A stretch of 50,491 bases of DNA, the filler included, from Streblomastix strix (lineage: Eukaryota): NCBI GenBank assembly GCA_008636045.1. It is 3 parts of 3 records of this genome, joined end to end, with 100 filler letters (N's around TTAATTAATTAA, not from the genome) between each part and the next. Parts side by side here need not be neighbours in the genome. Positions count along the whole stretch, not along the records: positions 16,869 to 33,630 come from SNRW01000770.1; positions 33,731 to 50,491 come from SNRW01000771.1; 1 more part is not named here. One strand, 5' to 3'. The notes beneath the pieces were generated by a model. It worked only from the letters and a program-made list of their open reading frames with translations, searched no databases and was not told where the DNA came from. The position numbers were made by a program, and so were the translations under genes. How positions within the stretch are numbered: the stretch's first letter is position 1; each line of letters starts with the position of its first letter. Below, piece after piece: positions 25,137 through 39,177 of this stretch.

Positions 25137-28100
25137 ATGGATCCTGCTTTTGACGATCTTGATACTATAAAAGACGTCAACGATGCTTGGACACGCTACC
25201 TGAAGCCAATTATTGATGATATAAAAGCTCAATTATAATAAAATCCAAGCATAGCAACAGCAAGTTAGAAAAACATATTGATCTTCACATTAGTAATACA
25301 ACACCTGTATATCTATATATTTATATATTATATATATTTTATTCATTCTTAATTATAACAGGTGCCAAAAATTAGATTTGACAAACGAAGTTGTTGAACT
25401 TGCTCTTAGAATAATCATGGATTACTGCAATATGGAAATTAACGAACCTTTGAAATAAATGAAAGATGACCAATTCTTATAAGGAGTTACATAATGTTGG
25501 GAGACGTTCAAGATCTCTGTGAAGATTGTTTGTTCATTATTCCAGTATTTGGTGTGAAATCAATTATTAAATTGAATAAATTTTTATATTATTTTTTTAT
25601 TTAAATTGATATATTTATAATTAAATTTTATCTTTAAATTTTAGGATGATAACTATTTCAATTCTGCTTAGCCTACTAAAAATGATAAAGCTATTCAACT
25701 TCTAAGTTTATAACAACGAGCATACAACATCTTCAAGTATTATATTTATTCAATAATTTTTATAACATTAATTTTATTTATTTTTAATAATATATAGAGA
25801 GTAAGTGTTTGCTAGCAAGATTGATGTTATTAAAAGTCTTATACTTGATTCTATTGATAAAGAAAGATCTGGAGAAACAATTAATATCACTTTGATGAAG
25901 AATGCGATTGATGTATGAAAATATTTTATTAATTAGAAAAATTATTATTATTGAATTTTCATTTTAAATTGATACTCCACTTAAATATAATCATATTCCT
26001 TTTTTTATTTAAATTATTCTTTTATTAAGATGTTCGTTGATCTTAATCCATCACTGGAACAATTCTACAAATACTTGGAAATTGAATTCCTTCAAAGAGC
26101 AAGGTGTTCAAAATGAAAAATATTATTCAATTATTTATTATGAAAAATAATGTTATATGAACTTATTACTTATTTATTTATAAGAATTACTATTCATTCA
26201 TTTTTTATATTTATTAATTAATTTGAATCCATTTCTTTGTTCAGAGCTTTCTATCAGCAGTTTACATAAAGTTCACTAGAACAAGACTCAATACCAGACT
26301 TCATGATTAAGGTTAGATGAAATAAAAAAAACGATAATTTTTAGTAAAATTAATTTTAATAAAATATGAATTATATTTTATTTCTTAATTTGAATAATAA
26401 ACCAATCAGTGTGAAACTGCATATAGTGTTGAGAGTAAGAGGATTGATAATTACATGAATAAAATGACTGAACCAAAAATTAGGGAAGTCCTTGATGAAG
26501 AACTATTGAAAAAGTATAAACAAAATTTATATATATATTATTTTCACAATTAAAATTCTTTATCAATTTATTTTATTATTAATTTCTGATATTTAACTTA
26601 GAAATATTAATCTTCTAATTAATTCATAGGAATCTGGATTTCGTGTTTTATTAGAACATGATAGATTTGAAGTATGAACGAAATATTATTACTTGATATT
26701 TAATTTAAATTCAATAATTTAATATTTGCATATTTCATTTATTTAAATAATCTTTTAAATAAACATTCATTAGGATCTTGGACGAATGTATCGTTTGATT
26801 ACTCACTTGGATAATGAAGTATAACATTAAATATTTAATTATTTATTAAATATTTTTTTTATTAAAAAATTTTATTTCTCATTTATTCTTTTTATTTTTC
26901 ATATATTCATTTATTTAAAACATATTATTTTTTTATTAGATTGGTATTGATCCGATGGCAAAAGAATTTTATAAATATTTAAGTGTTTGCGCTAAAAATT
27001 TGATGGAGTCTAATGTTTGAAATTGGAAATTATTTTTACAAAATAATTAGTTTATTTAATTTTTTTTAAATTTATTTATTTTATTTTTATTTATAAATAA
27101 ACAAAGCTTAATGAGCTAAAGAACATTGAAAACAACAGAGAAGGTTTTGTGATATTTAATACTTTAATATAATCAATTATCATTTTTATTATTTATTATA
27201 TAAATAAATAAATTCATTTATTAATTATTCATTATTATTTGTTTATTTTACCTTACATTAAATAGAAGTAAGATTAAATGTAGTTAAAGAAAGATAAACC
27301 AGTACTCCACCAAAATAAGAAGAAAATATTATTTCTGATCCAGAAATGAACAAATAGAATAATACTACATTTTAAATTGAATAAAAGAATAATAAAGATT
27401 TTGAATCAAAAGTTGAATAGATTTAGACTGAGGATTGTTTGTAAGGTCAATTCTTTGTGGGATAGATTCTTAATTTGTTCAAAAGATTCAACCGAATGTA
27501 TGAAGTTCCATTTTAGAAGAATTCAAAGCTTGGATTTGCTGTAAAAGATATATTCCTCTATTTCTTGAATACAGTGTTTAAAGGTTATTTTTTTTTATTA
27601 TTAATTAAATAATTTTTATTTTGGAAATGAAACTATTAATTTATATGTAAAATTAGATTTTTCAACTATTTATTTTAAAAATTGTTTTATTTTTTTAGAT
27701 TAAATAATTTCCATATTTATTTTTACTATTTATATATTCAGAATTTTCATAGGATGCAAAAACTATAATAACTAAATGTATTGATGAGCTTTTGAAAAAC
27801 AGTACATCAGCAAAATAAGATAATCAGGTTTTATTATTTAAATATTATTAGAGAATATTAATTGATATTTGATATTTTTTTAAAGAAAGAAATAAAGAAT
27901 ATGAAATATTTGAATTTTCATTATAATAATTATGATATTTAATTTATAAATTTATAGATAAATACATAAATGGATGAAATTGTTGAAATTCTCAAATTTT
28001 TTGATGATAAAAGTGAATTTTTAGATGAAATTAAAGATAATTTTTTGGAAAAGATTTTTGAAGAAGGAAGTGAACCATTGGCAATTAACGAAGTTGAAAA

Positions 28101-29179
28101 AGCATTCGTTCTAAAGTATGGATTTATATTATACGATATTTTACATTTAAAAGATAAATTAATAAATAATAATTAGTTTTATTATATATTTATTATAATA
28201 TTTTCGTTAAAACGATCATATTTATAAATTAGAATGAGTTCGGCATTAAGTTGTACTGAAACTTCGAAATTGGATTATATGTTATAAGACAACATTCGTC
28301 GAAATAAAATACATTAATAGTTCATAGATTATTAAGAGAGAACTGGCTAGATTCCAGAGTTTGATTTGGAGGTATATATGATTATATTCATAAATAAATC
28401 AGTTTTTAAAATCATCAAGTTACAAATATTCTTATTAAAAAATATTATCAATTATTATTATTTTTTTTTAATATTATTAGGCTCATGTTGTGCCAAGATC
28501 ATTTTTTCCTGGAATAAAAATCTCAAATATAAACCTGCCAGAGAATCTATAACAAGCTCTTCAATCATTTTAGTAATTCTACAGAGTATGCATTTATAAT
28601 TTTATAATAAAAAACAACAATAATTCTTAATAATTTTATCATATATATTTGAAAAATCATTATTTTTTAAAAAAAAATACTCTTTTCTTACATTTATTTA
28701 TTCAGAGAATCAAACCATATCGTTAGATTGAATTTGTTCCTCAATTTGGTACAGTGGAAGTTCAAGTTCAAGTCTGGTAATAAACGTATACTATCACTAT
28801 GAAGCCAATCTAAGCAATTATTCTACTACAGTTTGCTGATGGCGCTGTGAAGTCATTGAGAGAACTTGAATAAACTCTTTAGATAGGAATAGAAGAAGTT
28901 AAAAGAAATATACTTCCAATGATGACGTAAACTCCTCCAATTCTGACATCAGCCACTGAAGGAGCAGACAGAGAGGGTAATCAAAGATAGGATGATATAT
29001 ATTTGAAATTGAACAAAAAATTTTAATCACGCTCATAAAATTTCAGGCTTAAATAAACAGTGGTATTTGAAAGATTAATGGATCCGCCTTTACCGCCGAA
29101 TGAAAAGAGGCTGCTTAATTATATTGCTTAGAGTAAAATGAAAGATGAAGATAAGAATGTAAATGATGTTATTGAATGA
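25137..29179 (+). CDS. Divergent cullin-family protein, intron-rich (>12 short introns)
   Basis: Spliced translation includes CWETFKISVKIVCSLFQYL|DDNYF, LILDSIDKERSGETINITLMKNAID|MFVDL, YLEIEFLQRARAFYQQ, ESGFRVLLEHDRFE|DLGRMYRLI, IGIDPMAKEF, ILKFFDDKSEF and PQFGTVEV...MKPIQAIILLQF, i.e. cullin repeats and the cullin-homology domain. First in-frame TGA at 29177-29179. Confidence 0.88.
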
Positions 29180-29855
29180 AACTGGAAAAAGTAGCATGAA
29201 TATAATTAAAATGGTTTTATTAGAAATGATGATAAAGATATGATTAATAATTATTGATAGGTTACAAGTATTGCAATGTTGATCAGTTTTTGGAACACAA
29301 ATTTACTACAGTAATAAAATAAATTTATGTAAAAATTAAATATTTTCCGATTTATTAATTCAATTTTATTTTCATTTTAATTATCTGCGTCTATTTGAAG
29401 GTATCAATCTGAAAGTCATGAAAACAAGAAATTAATAATTAAATGAGTTTTTTTCAGTCAAACAATAAATCGATTTCAATTGTAAATAATTTATAAATAT
29501 TATAAACATATTTAATAAATATATATAAATCAAAATTTTAACTACACGCTACTCATTTAATTTACCCTTTATACAGTAATCAAGATTTTTAATTTGCCTA
29601 TTAAAGTAATTAGCTTGAAATCTGTATCATTTGCAACTTTATAACTATTTTAAGTTTATTAAACCATTTATAATTATATCACTAACTAAATTTCATATTT
29701 ATTATGCTAATCAATATTCTTTGAGAGCTTAAACGACATTCTAAATTTTTTCTCATCATATACTTAAATAAAAAATATTATTTATTCATTTTTAATATTT
29801 GCATCATCTATTATACAGAATTGAAATGAATTCGACATTAGAATACCCAAGGTTC

Positions 29856-30310
29856 ATGAGCGTAGAGAAAATCGAAAGTTAAGAATTAAAGACCATCGTC
29901 TGAAGCGGACGCATCATAAACAGCTCCTTAAAGTTAATCATCGTCAAGCTCTTCCTCGGGTAGTGAAAATAATGATAATGACGCTGTTTTTGAAGATGGG
30001 GCGGCAGCTGAAACAACGACTAAACCTACTCAGGACGACATCAAACAGTTCAAGTTCCTGATCAAGAATATTTAAAACTTCAATGTTAATTCATTTGATA
30101 CAACGAACACGAGCGACCCATATCTGAAGACTACATTAGGTGGAAACTTCAAAATCGAAGATGAACGATGCAAGTTTGTTAACTTTTTATTATTTTTAAT
30201 TTTTATTTAATTTATTATTTTTTCAGTTTCATTCCAAGATTAATGGGTGGCATTTTGGCGTAGAACTCATGAAGATCTGAAGACTTAAGATCTAAAAATT
30301 GATGTATGGA
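29856..30310 (+). pseudogene. C2-domain gene fragment (frameshifted 5' end)
   Basis: FKFLIKNIQNFNVNSFDTTNTSDPYLKTTLGG is a C2 SDPY motif; LKTQDLKIDVW follows after a probable intron at 30170-30226. ATG 29856 is out of frame with the C2 part and no intact continuation was found. Confidence 0.55.
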
Positions 30311-30654
30311 TAGTACTATTAATTAATATTAACATTATATATTATAATTGACTTATTTATTTATATTTTTCATTTATATAATTCATACCTTAATTCTGTG
30401 CAGGATGTTTAACTATTAATTAGAATTTGTCCATTTATCAGTATCATTGGTCAAAGTCTTTAGATGCCCTATTAAATCCTTTCGCATAGATTTGTCAGTC
30501 ATTTCTTTAACACGGCAGAGATAACCAATACTTATATCTATTATATCATTTATATTTTTATCTCAATTTTATTGAAATAAAGATAATTGGATAAAAGACA
30601 AAAAATAATTAGTATTGATCATCTCTTCTGAACTTATTAAATAAAAGATAAATT

Positions 30655-30890
30655 GATGGGAAAGGAGATCATAGTATGTTTGAAGATATTTGCCATTGAT
30701 TCTGATGAATTGACAAACTCAAAGTAATACTAAGATATCTAGCCCATAAAGCAGGTATGAATTATTTGAATGAATAATATAAATAATATTTGATAATTAT
30801 TTAATCTTCATTTGATATCAATTAGTCAACAAATCCTTTATTGAAGCAGATGTATTTGATATACGCGATGAATAAAACAGATTAAGAAGA
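30655..30890 (+). pseudogene. Relic C-terminus of the ARM-like lineage-specific family
   Basis: With one frameshift and an intron (~30755-30825) it reads KEIIVCLKIFAIDSDELTNSK/VILRYLAHKA|VNKSFIEADVF, comparable to KLISQLKQDI...LCGLAMKE|SNISEI in the 9076 gene. Confidence 0.4.
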
Positions 30891-31522
30891 AGAAGAAATT
30901 TATTTTCATTTTCATTTTATAACTCCATTTTATTTATTTTAAAGTAATTTATTATTTATCTTTATATATCAATCAAACTAATATGAATACTTTTATTTGA
31001 ATTAACCACTTCATAAATTCCAATAAATTAATTAAACATTATAAACCTGAAAAATCATCATTTTTATTGATTTATGCGAATTGAAACATTATGATTGAAT
31101 ATTCATTTATTATTCTTATCTTTAAAAGTGTTTATCTTCTTCTTATTTATATCATTCTTAAGTTTCTTAGATTTATCCTTATCTTTATTTTGCTTAGAGT
31201 CTCCAATAAGCTTATTTAACTCAACATATTGAATAGATTATGAATATAACAATAACAGGAATTACAATCCAAAGGGAGCTAAATCCAAATTAAATACAGG
31301 AAACTGAAAAATTGAATCTTTAGATTGACAATTGTTGGATGTTTCTATTAGACATTGGGAGTCAGATGAACATTGGAGACTATAGACTTCGATTATATTT
31401 GATATTTGATATGATCATCCAGACTGTGATGAAGTTCAGGATAAACAGGATAATCATCAGAATACAGAATTGATATTTGATATAGATTAGATAATTTATA
31501 TTTCATTTCATTACATTTATGT

Positions 31523-32573
31523 TCAATATTATGTTTGTATGTTGTTTTATGTTAAAGCAAATAAAAAAAGAAAAAATACAATTTTTATCTCGAAAAAGTG
31601 AATTTTATATTAAATATTAAGCTTGATATTAAAAGAAGTGATTGTCAGTGAATTTATTTGAATATTATTTAAGGATTGATTTAATTCTTATTTCTCCTTT
31701 TAATTCTCTTATTTCAATTTATTTATTTCTTCTTCTTATATTCTTTTCTATTCTTCTTTAATTTTCTTATTCTCATCTTTCAATTTATTTATTTATTCAT
31801 CTTTTTCTTTTTCCTTATTTTCAATTTCTTTAATTTCTGATTCAATCTTTTCAACTCCATATTTCTGCTTCAATTAAGCAACTTCATATTTCATTCTTTC
31901 ATTCTCTCTTTCCAATTGATAATTTTCATCTTATATTTTCCTTTTCTCGGTTTCTGATTCTTTTCTTTTGTTTTCTTCTTCTTTTGCTTTATTTTCTTTT
32001 TCTTTTATTATTTTTTTCTATTTTTCATTTTCTTCTTTATTGATATTAACTTTATTTTACGCTATTAGATATTTCTCTGATAATTCATTATTTGCTTTCT
32101 CTTTTTCTTCTGAGTGTTTCAGAGCAATTTCTTTTTACTTCAAAATGTCTCTTTTCTCTTTTTCGACTAATTATCTCTTTAAAATTTCTTCCTTAGCAAT
32201 ATTTTTCTCTTTTTTCTTTCTTTTCTTTATTTCCTGTTTCTTTTTCTTCTTTTACTTGTTTTTCTGCATTTTCACGAAGTTCCTTTTCATCTCTTATCTG
32301 GGCTTTCAACAATATGATTTCTTCTCGATTTTTAGACTCAATTTCGTTCTTTTCCTTCCGAAGTGTCTCAAGTTCTACTCGAAGCTGACGAATTTAATCA
32401 ACAATACCAGTCTATAATTAAATATTTATTTTAAAAATGAATAAATAAATTTAAATGTCAAAAAAGTGAAAATAAAAATAAATATTTCAAACATCAAATA
32501 CGGAAGTCAGACTTCTTGAAGTTTCCACTAAGCGTTGAGAAATTTCAGTGTTTTGCGGAGTATCACTGTTCAT
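31523..32573 (-). pseudogene. E/K-rich coiled-coil protein with one apparent frameshift (pseudogene or homopolymer error)
   Basis: ATG 32573 MNSDTPQNTEISQRLVETSRSLTS, intron, TGIVDQIRQLRVELETLRKEKNE... Register shifts in the A-rich tract near 32200-32225, then NIAKEEILKRQLVEKE... stays open to TGA 31523. Confidence 0.55.
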
Positions 32574-32714
32574 TTCTAAAAATTGTTGATATACCGTAAG
32601 AAAATCGCAATTTTATTAATTCGAGTAAATATGGAATGGATAAAATGTTAACAAATATAATATCTTAAAAAATCAATGTATATGCAGCAAATAAATAAGT
32701 ATTTAAAAATATTT

Positions 32715-33630
32715 TAGGTAGGCCTAAACGGCAAGTAGACAGCTGAATTCAAAGACGTGGCCTATATCAAAATGATCATATTGTTGAGTAAATTCCGAAT
32801 TTGTGGTCAATAAATTGAGGAAACATAATTATAAGGCTATAATGGCATTTTTATGAATTTTGAGCTATCTTTGGAATTATTGGTTTATTATGTAAATTAG
32901 TTATATTATTGTCTGATATGGTAAGTATACAGACAAAATAAAGATCAAATTTGTAAATGTGCAGGCATTTACTCGTAAAAATCAACTTGAAGTAAATTGT
33001 TAAAAAATGTAAATTACATTTTGTGATGAATATTATTGCAAGTAATAATAATAAAATAGATAAATTTTAAATTGGATAATGTTTATTATAGGCCAAGTGA
33101 GGACCTAACGTCTAACTCAAACTTCAATCAAGGCAACACTGGGAATAGGCCTAGTGGGGACCTAACGCCTAACCCAAACTTCAAGCAAGGCAACACTGGG
33201 AATATTCAACATGGGAACCTAACGCCTAACCCAAACATCGATACAAGAAACTTTCAATATAATTCTATTTTAATTAGTCATTTTACGAAAACCATACAAT
33301 TAATCTAAAATAAGGCCGTATTTCCCTTTTTAAATTTTTTTGTTAATAAACGCTGCGTGCGCACTCTAAAATTTATTAAATATTATATAAATTGATCCAT
33401 ATACAAATATATTCATTAACGAACAAATATATACAAGAATTTAGCAAATTTACTTAATGATCTAGTCATTTCAAAGATAACTTAAAATTTACAAAAATGT
33501 CCGTCTTGCCTTGAAATTATGTTTCCCCAACTTTATGACCACAAATTCGGAATTTACTCAACTATACGATCATTTTGATATAGGCCACGCCTTTGAAATC
33601 AGTTGTCTACTTGCCGTTTAGGGCAACCTA
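32715..33630. mobile_element. Non-autonomous DNA transposon (MITE-like) with long imperfect terminal inverted repeats
   Basis: 32715 TAGGTAGGCCTAAACGGCAAGTAGACAGCTGAATTCAAAGACGTGGCCTATATCAAAATGATC... is the near reverse complement of ...GATCATTTTGATATAGGCCACGCCTTTGAAATCAGTTGTCTACTTGCCGTTTAGGGCAACCTA 33630. Similarity is strong over ~115 bp and weaker out to ~190 bp. No transposase inside; the right end abuts the gap. Confidence 0.85.
33088..33237 (+). repeat. 57-bp tandem repeat (about 2.6 copies) inside the TIR element, with CCTAAC motifs
   Basis: Units start at 33088, 33145 and 33202: ATAGGCC(A/T)AGTG(A/G)GGACCTAACG(T/C)CTAAC(T/C)CAAACTTCAA(T/G)CAAGGCAACACTGGGA; third copy partial and more diverged. 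Confidence 0.9.
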
Positions 33631-33730
33631 NNNNNNNNNNNNNNNNNNNNNNNNNNNNNNNNNNNNNNNNNNNNTTAATTAATTAANNNNNNNNNNNNNN
33701 NNNNNNNNNNNNNNNNNNNNNNNNNNNNNN
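33631..33730. other. Assembly gap (100 nt) with artificial TTAATTAATTAA spacer at 33675-33686
   Basis: N run with the same central spacer as the first gap. Confidence 0.95.
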
Positions 33731-34033
<303 letters not shown>

Positions 34034-34104
34034 TTTGAGGGATTATTGTTATATATAATATATTTTATTATTATTAATTAGATAAAATATAATTACAATT
34101 ATAC

Positions 34105-37100
34105 CATCAACTTTCTAATATCTTCCAGAGTCATTCTAATAGGGTCTTGGAAATGGATGGTGATTTTGCTTAAATAAAGAAAGAGAGAATTAATATTGTA
34201 ATAATGAATTAGGATAAATAATATCATATAATATTATTTATTTATTTTGATTTATTTGTATTCTTTTTCACATTTCTATTTTCATTTATATGAATATATT
34301 TATACACACCGATCTAACAAACTATATTCTATTAATCCAGACATCTTACATAAAATTATCTTTAAACTGTTTTGACATTGCTGCATCTTGAACTTACTCT
34401 TTTATTTCTTCCTGTTATACATAAGAAATAGATCGAATTGTAAATAAATTATTTTATTAATGAATTTTTTGTTTATTTTCTTTCATATTTCACACAGGAT
34501 GTTTATTCTAAATATGCTTAACAACAAAATCATATGTTCTAAATTTCTTATTACATGATGAACACCCATATTTTGTATCTGTATTACATTAAATTAATAA
34601 TTAATAAAATAATAATAATATTATATTTCTTCATCTTTATATTTTCATATTTAATAACACCTTTCTTCTCTTCAATAATCTTCTTCTTATAGAATTCCTC
34701 TTCAATATTCTTTTATAGTTTCTCTCCAGTTCTTATTTCGTGCTCACAATTATTTGGATTAAACTTAAGTCTTTATTAATGCAATTAATGAAGTCCTGAT
34801 GCCCATTCCTTTTGAATGTCAGTTAATAATAATAAATTGGTCAAATAAAATCAATGTTCATGTTAAATAACATTCATTTGGAATTAATAACTAATTCTAA
34901 TAATATACCTAATGTTAAGGAGCAAATACTTATTCAATTCCTCTTTAATCAACAATAATTTATGATAGTTTGTCTTCTATTTATTATTGCTGTTAATCTT
35001 CTTATTTCTTTTACTCTACATTTTCCACTCCTTCTTTTTTATCTTCATTTAATTCCCCATTTGTTTTATCATCATCTTTAATCATTGCAGTTTCTCTATC
35101 GATCTAATTTTCTTATTTAATTTATTCACTTCTTTCTTATATTTATTTCTTCTCTCTAACGATCTCTCTCTTCTAAGCTAATGCAATCTGAGCCTGCATT
35201 ACTTCTTCATTGTTTGCACGTGCATGGATGATACCACATCTAAATAAGTAATAATTATAATTATAATTATAAATATAAGAATCATTAATATAAATAATTA
35301 CTTAATTTCAATATTAATAGTATTTGTAATAAACCTCTCTCTCATATCCTCTTCATTGTCATATTCTATTCCACAATAATAACAATAGTTATGAACATCT
35401 CTTAAGTATGTTATACATCTATCTAATCTCTCTCTAAGTGAAAATAGTGCTGTGTATAAATGAAATAAATATGAAGATGAATGATCATAATATAAATATA
35501 ATACATATATCATACAATTTGGAATTAGAGATTAATATGTATATTGGTTTGAAAGTGTCATAATATCAACTTCTCCAATTGGTTTTACTATTTAAATTAT
35601 TATTATTAATAATGATAAAAATCAAATGATATATATTTAATATTAGTATAGAACAAACTTATATCTTCAGAAGAAGATTAATTTTATTCTTTCTTTTCTT
35701 CATCTTCGTTGATATTACTGTTTCCTTTATCATTCAATTCATTCTTCTTCTTATCTTCTTTATCTTATACTTATTCAATATCATTACTTTGTTAGTCTTA
35801 TTACTATGACACTCTCATTTGCTGCATTTAAGGAAGAAGGGGAGTCAATGAAAACACAAATTTAGATTCTAATGGAGATAATGACACATCTAGTGATGGT
35901 AATGAAGATGATTAAGAAGAAGAAGAAGAAGATGATGATTATTGAAATACTGTGGCATTAGATTGTATTTATAAATATGGTGGTGGGGTCTTCAGTAAAC
36001 CCCTTTAATTAGAATTAAGATATTATTAAGGTATAGTATTATCAAATTAAATGATCTTATCTATTTCCTTCTATTTCTTTATCTCTTCTTCTTTCTCTTA
36101 TTCTTTTTCTATTCTTTCTCTTTCCAATCTTTCCTTCTTTTCTTTTTCTCTTCTTATTTTATCCTTTTCTCTTTCATCAACCCAATACATCTGTTCCCAT
36201 CTTTATATTATAATAAATAACAAATAATTATAAATAATTACAATTATTATATTCATTTATAAATTAATTATTCTTTAATTCAATTTTAATCACTATTTTA
36301 ATATATACAATATATTACATATATATACATACTTTCCTTCTTTACTGAATAACTTCTCAATTTAAGTCACAACATTTCTCTGTTTATCCAAGACATGTAT
36401 AAGAGCCAATGAAATGCACAAGTCATTCTACATCTATTGGTAAGATTGCATTATAACTGGAGCAAAGAATAAATATGGAGAATGAACCTTGAATAAATAA
36501 AATATAGAAGATGGAAAGATTATGCGGAATAATATGAAGGATAAATAAGAAGATGATGAAATATAAAATAAAGTTTAAATAAATTTATTAAGTGAATAAA
36601 TAAAAATTATTAATCAATTATTTATTTACTCATTCATTATTCAGTTAATAAAACCTTATGTAATTTATATGACATATCAAAGTATACTTTCTCCTTATCT
36701 TCTTTACTTCTTTCTTTCTTATCATCTCTTTCTTTATCTTTCTCTTTTTCTTTATCTTTATTTAATTTCTATTATTCATCTTCTTATAAAGTAAGAGAAA
36801 GTGATTATGGATGATATAATCTATAATAAACGAATAAAATATAATTAATAAGATATAATTAATAAGACATAATTAATAAGATATAATTAATTAATAAGAT
36901 ATAATTAATAAGATATAATTAATTAATAAGATATAATTAATTAATAAGATATAGTTAATAAGATATAATAATTTATATGATTAGTTAATTAACCTCATTG
37001 GAACAGCTTTCATTGCACTAACAGTAGCATCTTCAGAATCATACATTATCCAGCCCCTCCTTGTTAAATCATACTAATATAAATAAAAATGAATAAAAAT

Positions 37101-39177
37101 ATGAAATTGAATTTATATAGTAATTAAGCATTATATTATCCTATATTATATTAATTCTATTATATACCTGCGGTTTTCCAAATGGATCACTAAGAACAAC
37201 AAACAAAAATCCATTCTAAAATTTAACAACATAAAAAAAATAATTCATTTAAGAATAATTTAAGTAAATGATTAATAATTTTAAATTATTATTATAATTA
37301 TTATCATTTCATTGTTATTATTATAATAAATATATAAATACCACTCCAAAATGAACAGCTAATATCTCTTTTGTAACCCAAAGAGGAAGTCTAATTATTA
37401 TATGAGTAATTAAGTATATATGTATTCATTATGTATTAGACTATATTAAGTATATAATGATCAATAAACCTGTCTACAAATATTCCAGTAGCCAATTAAG
37501 CAGCTTCATTTGGTAGATCTGAATCTTATGAAAAGTATGATTGATATTAATATAATATATTAGAAGATGAAGATTAAGAAGATGAAGATGAAGAAGATTA
37601 TAATAATAATGAGGTGGTTTATTCTTTTAATTATTCTGATTTAATTTCCACTTCAACGTCTTTAACCATTTATTTGTTATCTTCACTTTATTTATCTTCC
37701 ATATCTTAATCTTATTCCTTCTCTTATTCTTATTCTTTCTATTTCTCTTATTCTTATTCTTTCTCCTTTTCTATTCTCAACTTCTCAATTTCGTTCTCAA
37801 TTCGATCTTCATTCTCTTCTTTTGGACGTAGGAGTATTAATGAAGGTGAAATAATACGTGGTTTCCATCTGTTATGAATATGAGGTTTAATATTTAATAT
37901 AAATGATCATTAAGTATTAATTATATTAATAAACAAATACCTTTATAAATGTTGATATGCATTAAGTGTGTATAATTTAATATCAATTTTCAGATCATCA
38001 AGATCATCTCTGATTAAATAAATAAAGCATGGATAATACAATGTGAAGATTAATATAGAAATATTAATTCATTTGTTTATTAAATAAGCAAATAAACCTT
38101 GGTTCAAATTAACATCTTGGAAGGGAAGTGAAAATGGATGGATATGATTGAGATGGATTAAGATGCATCATTATTCTATACATTTGAGATTATGATGAAT
38201 ATTATGCAAGAGATTATTATGATGATATTTATTATTCTTTTTCATCTTTAAATGCATTTTATTCTTCATTATCATCTTTAATCATTAATTTCTATTATTC
38301 ATTATCATATTTTACATTCATTTTTCCTTCTCTCTCATCAGTATCAATAATGAAGTTGCTATCAGGTGGGAATATATCAACTACTTTGTAGGTCACTATT
38401 CCTTCTTCAAGCTTCCTCAGAAATTGCTCTTGATTAATTCGAACTATTTCCTCTTTTTCTGCAATTTTCTCTTTAATCCTTTTCGTGATAAACATAAACA
38501 TTTTAATGGTATAATAATATATATGTATGATGTAATTGCATACCTAGTGGGTTCATACAAATCGATGAACCATTTTTCTTTTTTGTGCTCCTCAAAAAAA
38601 CGTTCTTTGTTTTCATTTTCATACCGAACCCTAAGATGCAATGTTTTATTATAGAAGCTTTAATTCGAATAAAATAAGCATACTTGTATTTCTCATATTC
38701 TTCCAAAAGTTGCGGCCTACCCAATTTCTAGTCACTGTTACGAGCAAACTCGCCAAACGAAAGAAAATTTGTAATCGGAGGAGCGCGGTAGCTATAAAAT
38801 ATAGATATTATAAATATAATATTAAGAATAAATAAAATTACAATAAATAAAAATAAAAATTAAATAATAGAAATTTATTTCGCATGAATAAATAGAAAAA
38901 TATACAAATTATTGAAAAAATCAAAATTATCGTCTAATAAATCATTAAGTCATTAAATAATATTTTATAAAATTTATAAACATATTTAAATTTATTTAAA
39001 ACGAATAATCACACACCGATTGTCGCCATATCGCCCGCGATTCGACCTTTCGTCGTCTCGGTAGTTGCTGCGATGGTGTCCAGACGATGAATCGTGATGG
39101 CTATATCCGCCAGTTCTGTTATTGCTCGAGCGTGGCGGAGATAACTCTTTATCAATATCTCGTCCTCGCTTAGCCAT
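34105..39177 (-). CDS. SRRT: Serrate RNA effector / ARS2 homolog, intron-rich, 3' end missing (runs toward gap)
   Basis: ATG 39177. Motifs LSFGEF...EEYEKYK|VRYENENKERFFEEHKKEKWFIDLYEP, RRM LSDP...RRGWIMY, LDRCITYLRDVHNYCYYCGIEYDNEEDMRER|CGIIHAR and C2H2 finger KYGCSSCNKKFRTYDFVVKHIQNKHP are all SERRATE/ARS2 hallmarks. Confidence 0.92.
36841..36967. repeat. Intronic minisatellite, 14-bp unit ATAATTAATAAGAT with 18-bp variant
   Basis: Tandem copies visible inside an SRRT intron. Confidence 0.85.

Noticed and set aside
31968..32417. 149-aa F/S-rich 'membrane protein' ORF, and similar track ORFs at 4805, 6657, 7440, 17500, 20460, 40310, 46721, 47213
   Set aside because: Antisense shadows of E/K/Q/N-rich coding exons on the opposite strand once TAA/TAG are read as Gln.
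33072..33308. 78-aa ORF with 19-aa repeats, and a CRISPR-like look of the 57-bp units
   Set aside because: Units are head-to-tail with no unique spacers, the genome is eukaryotic and there are no cas genes; the ORF has a TTG start and is a by-product of a repeat length divisible by 3.
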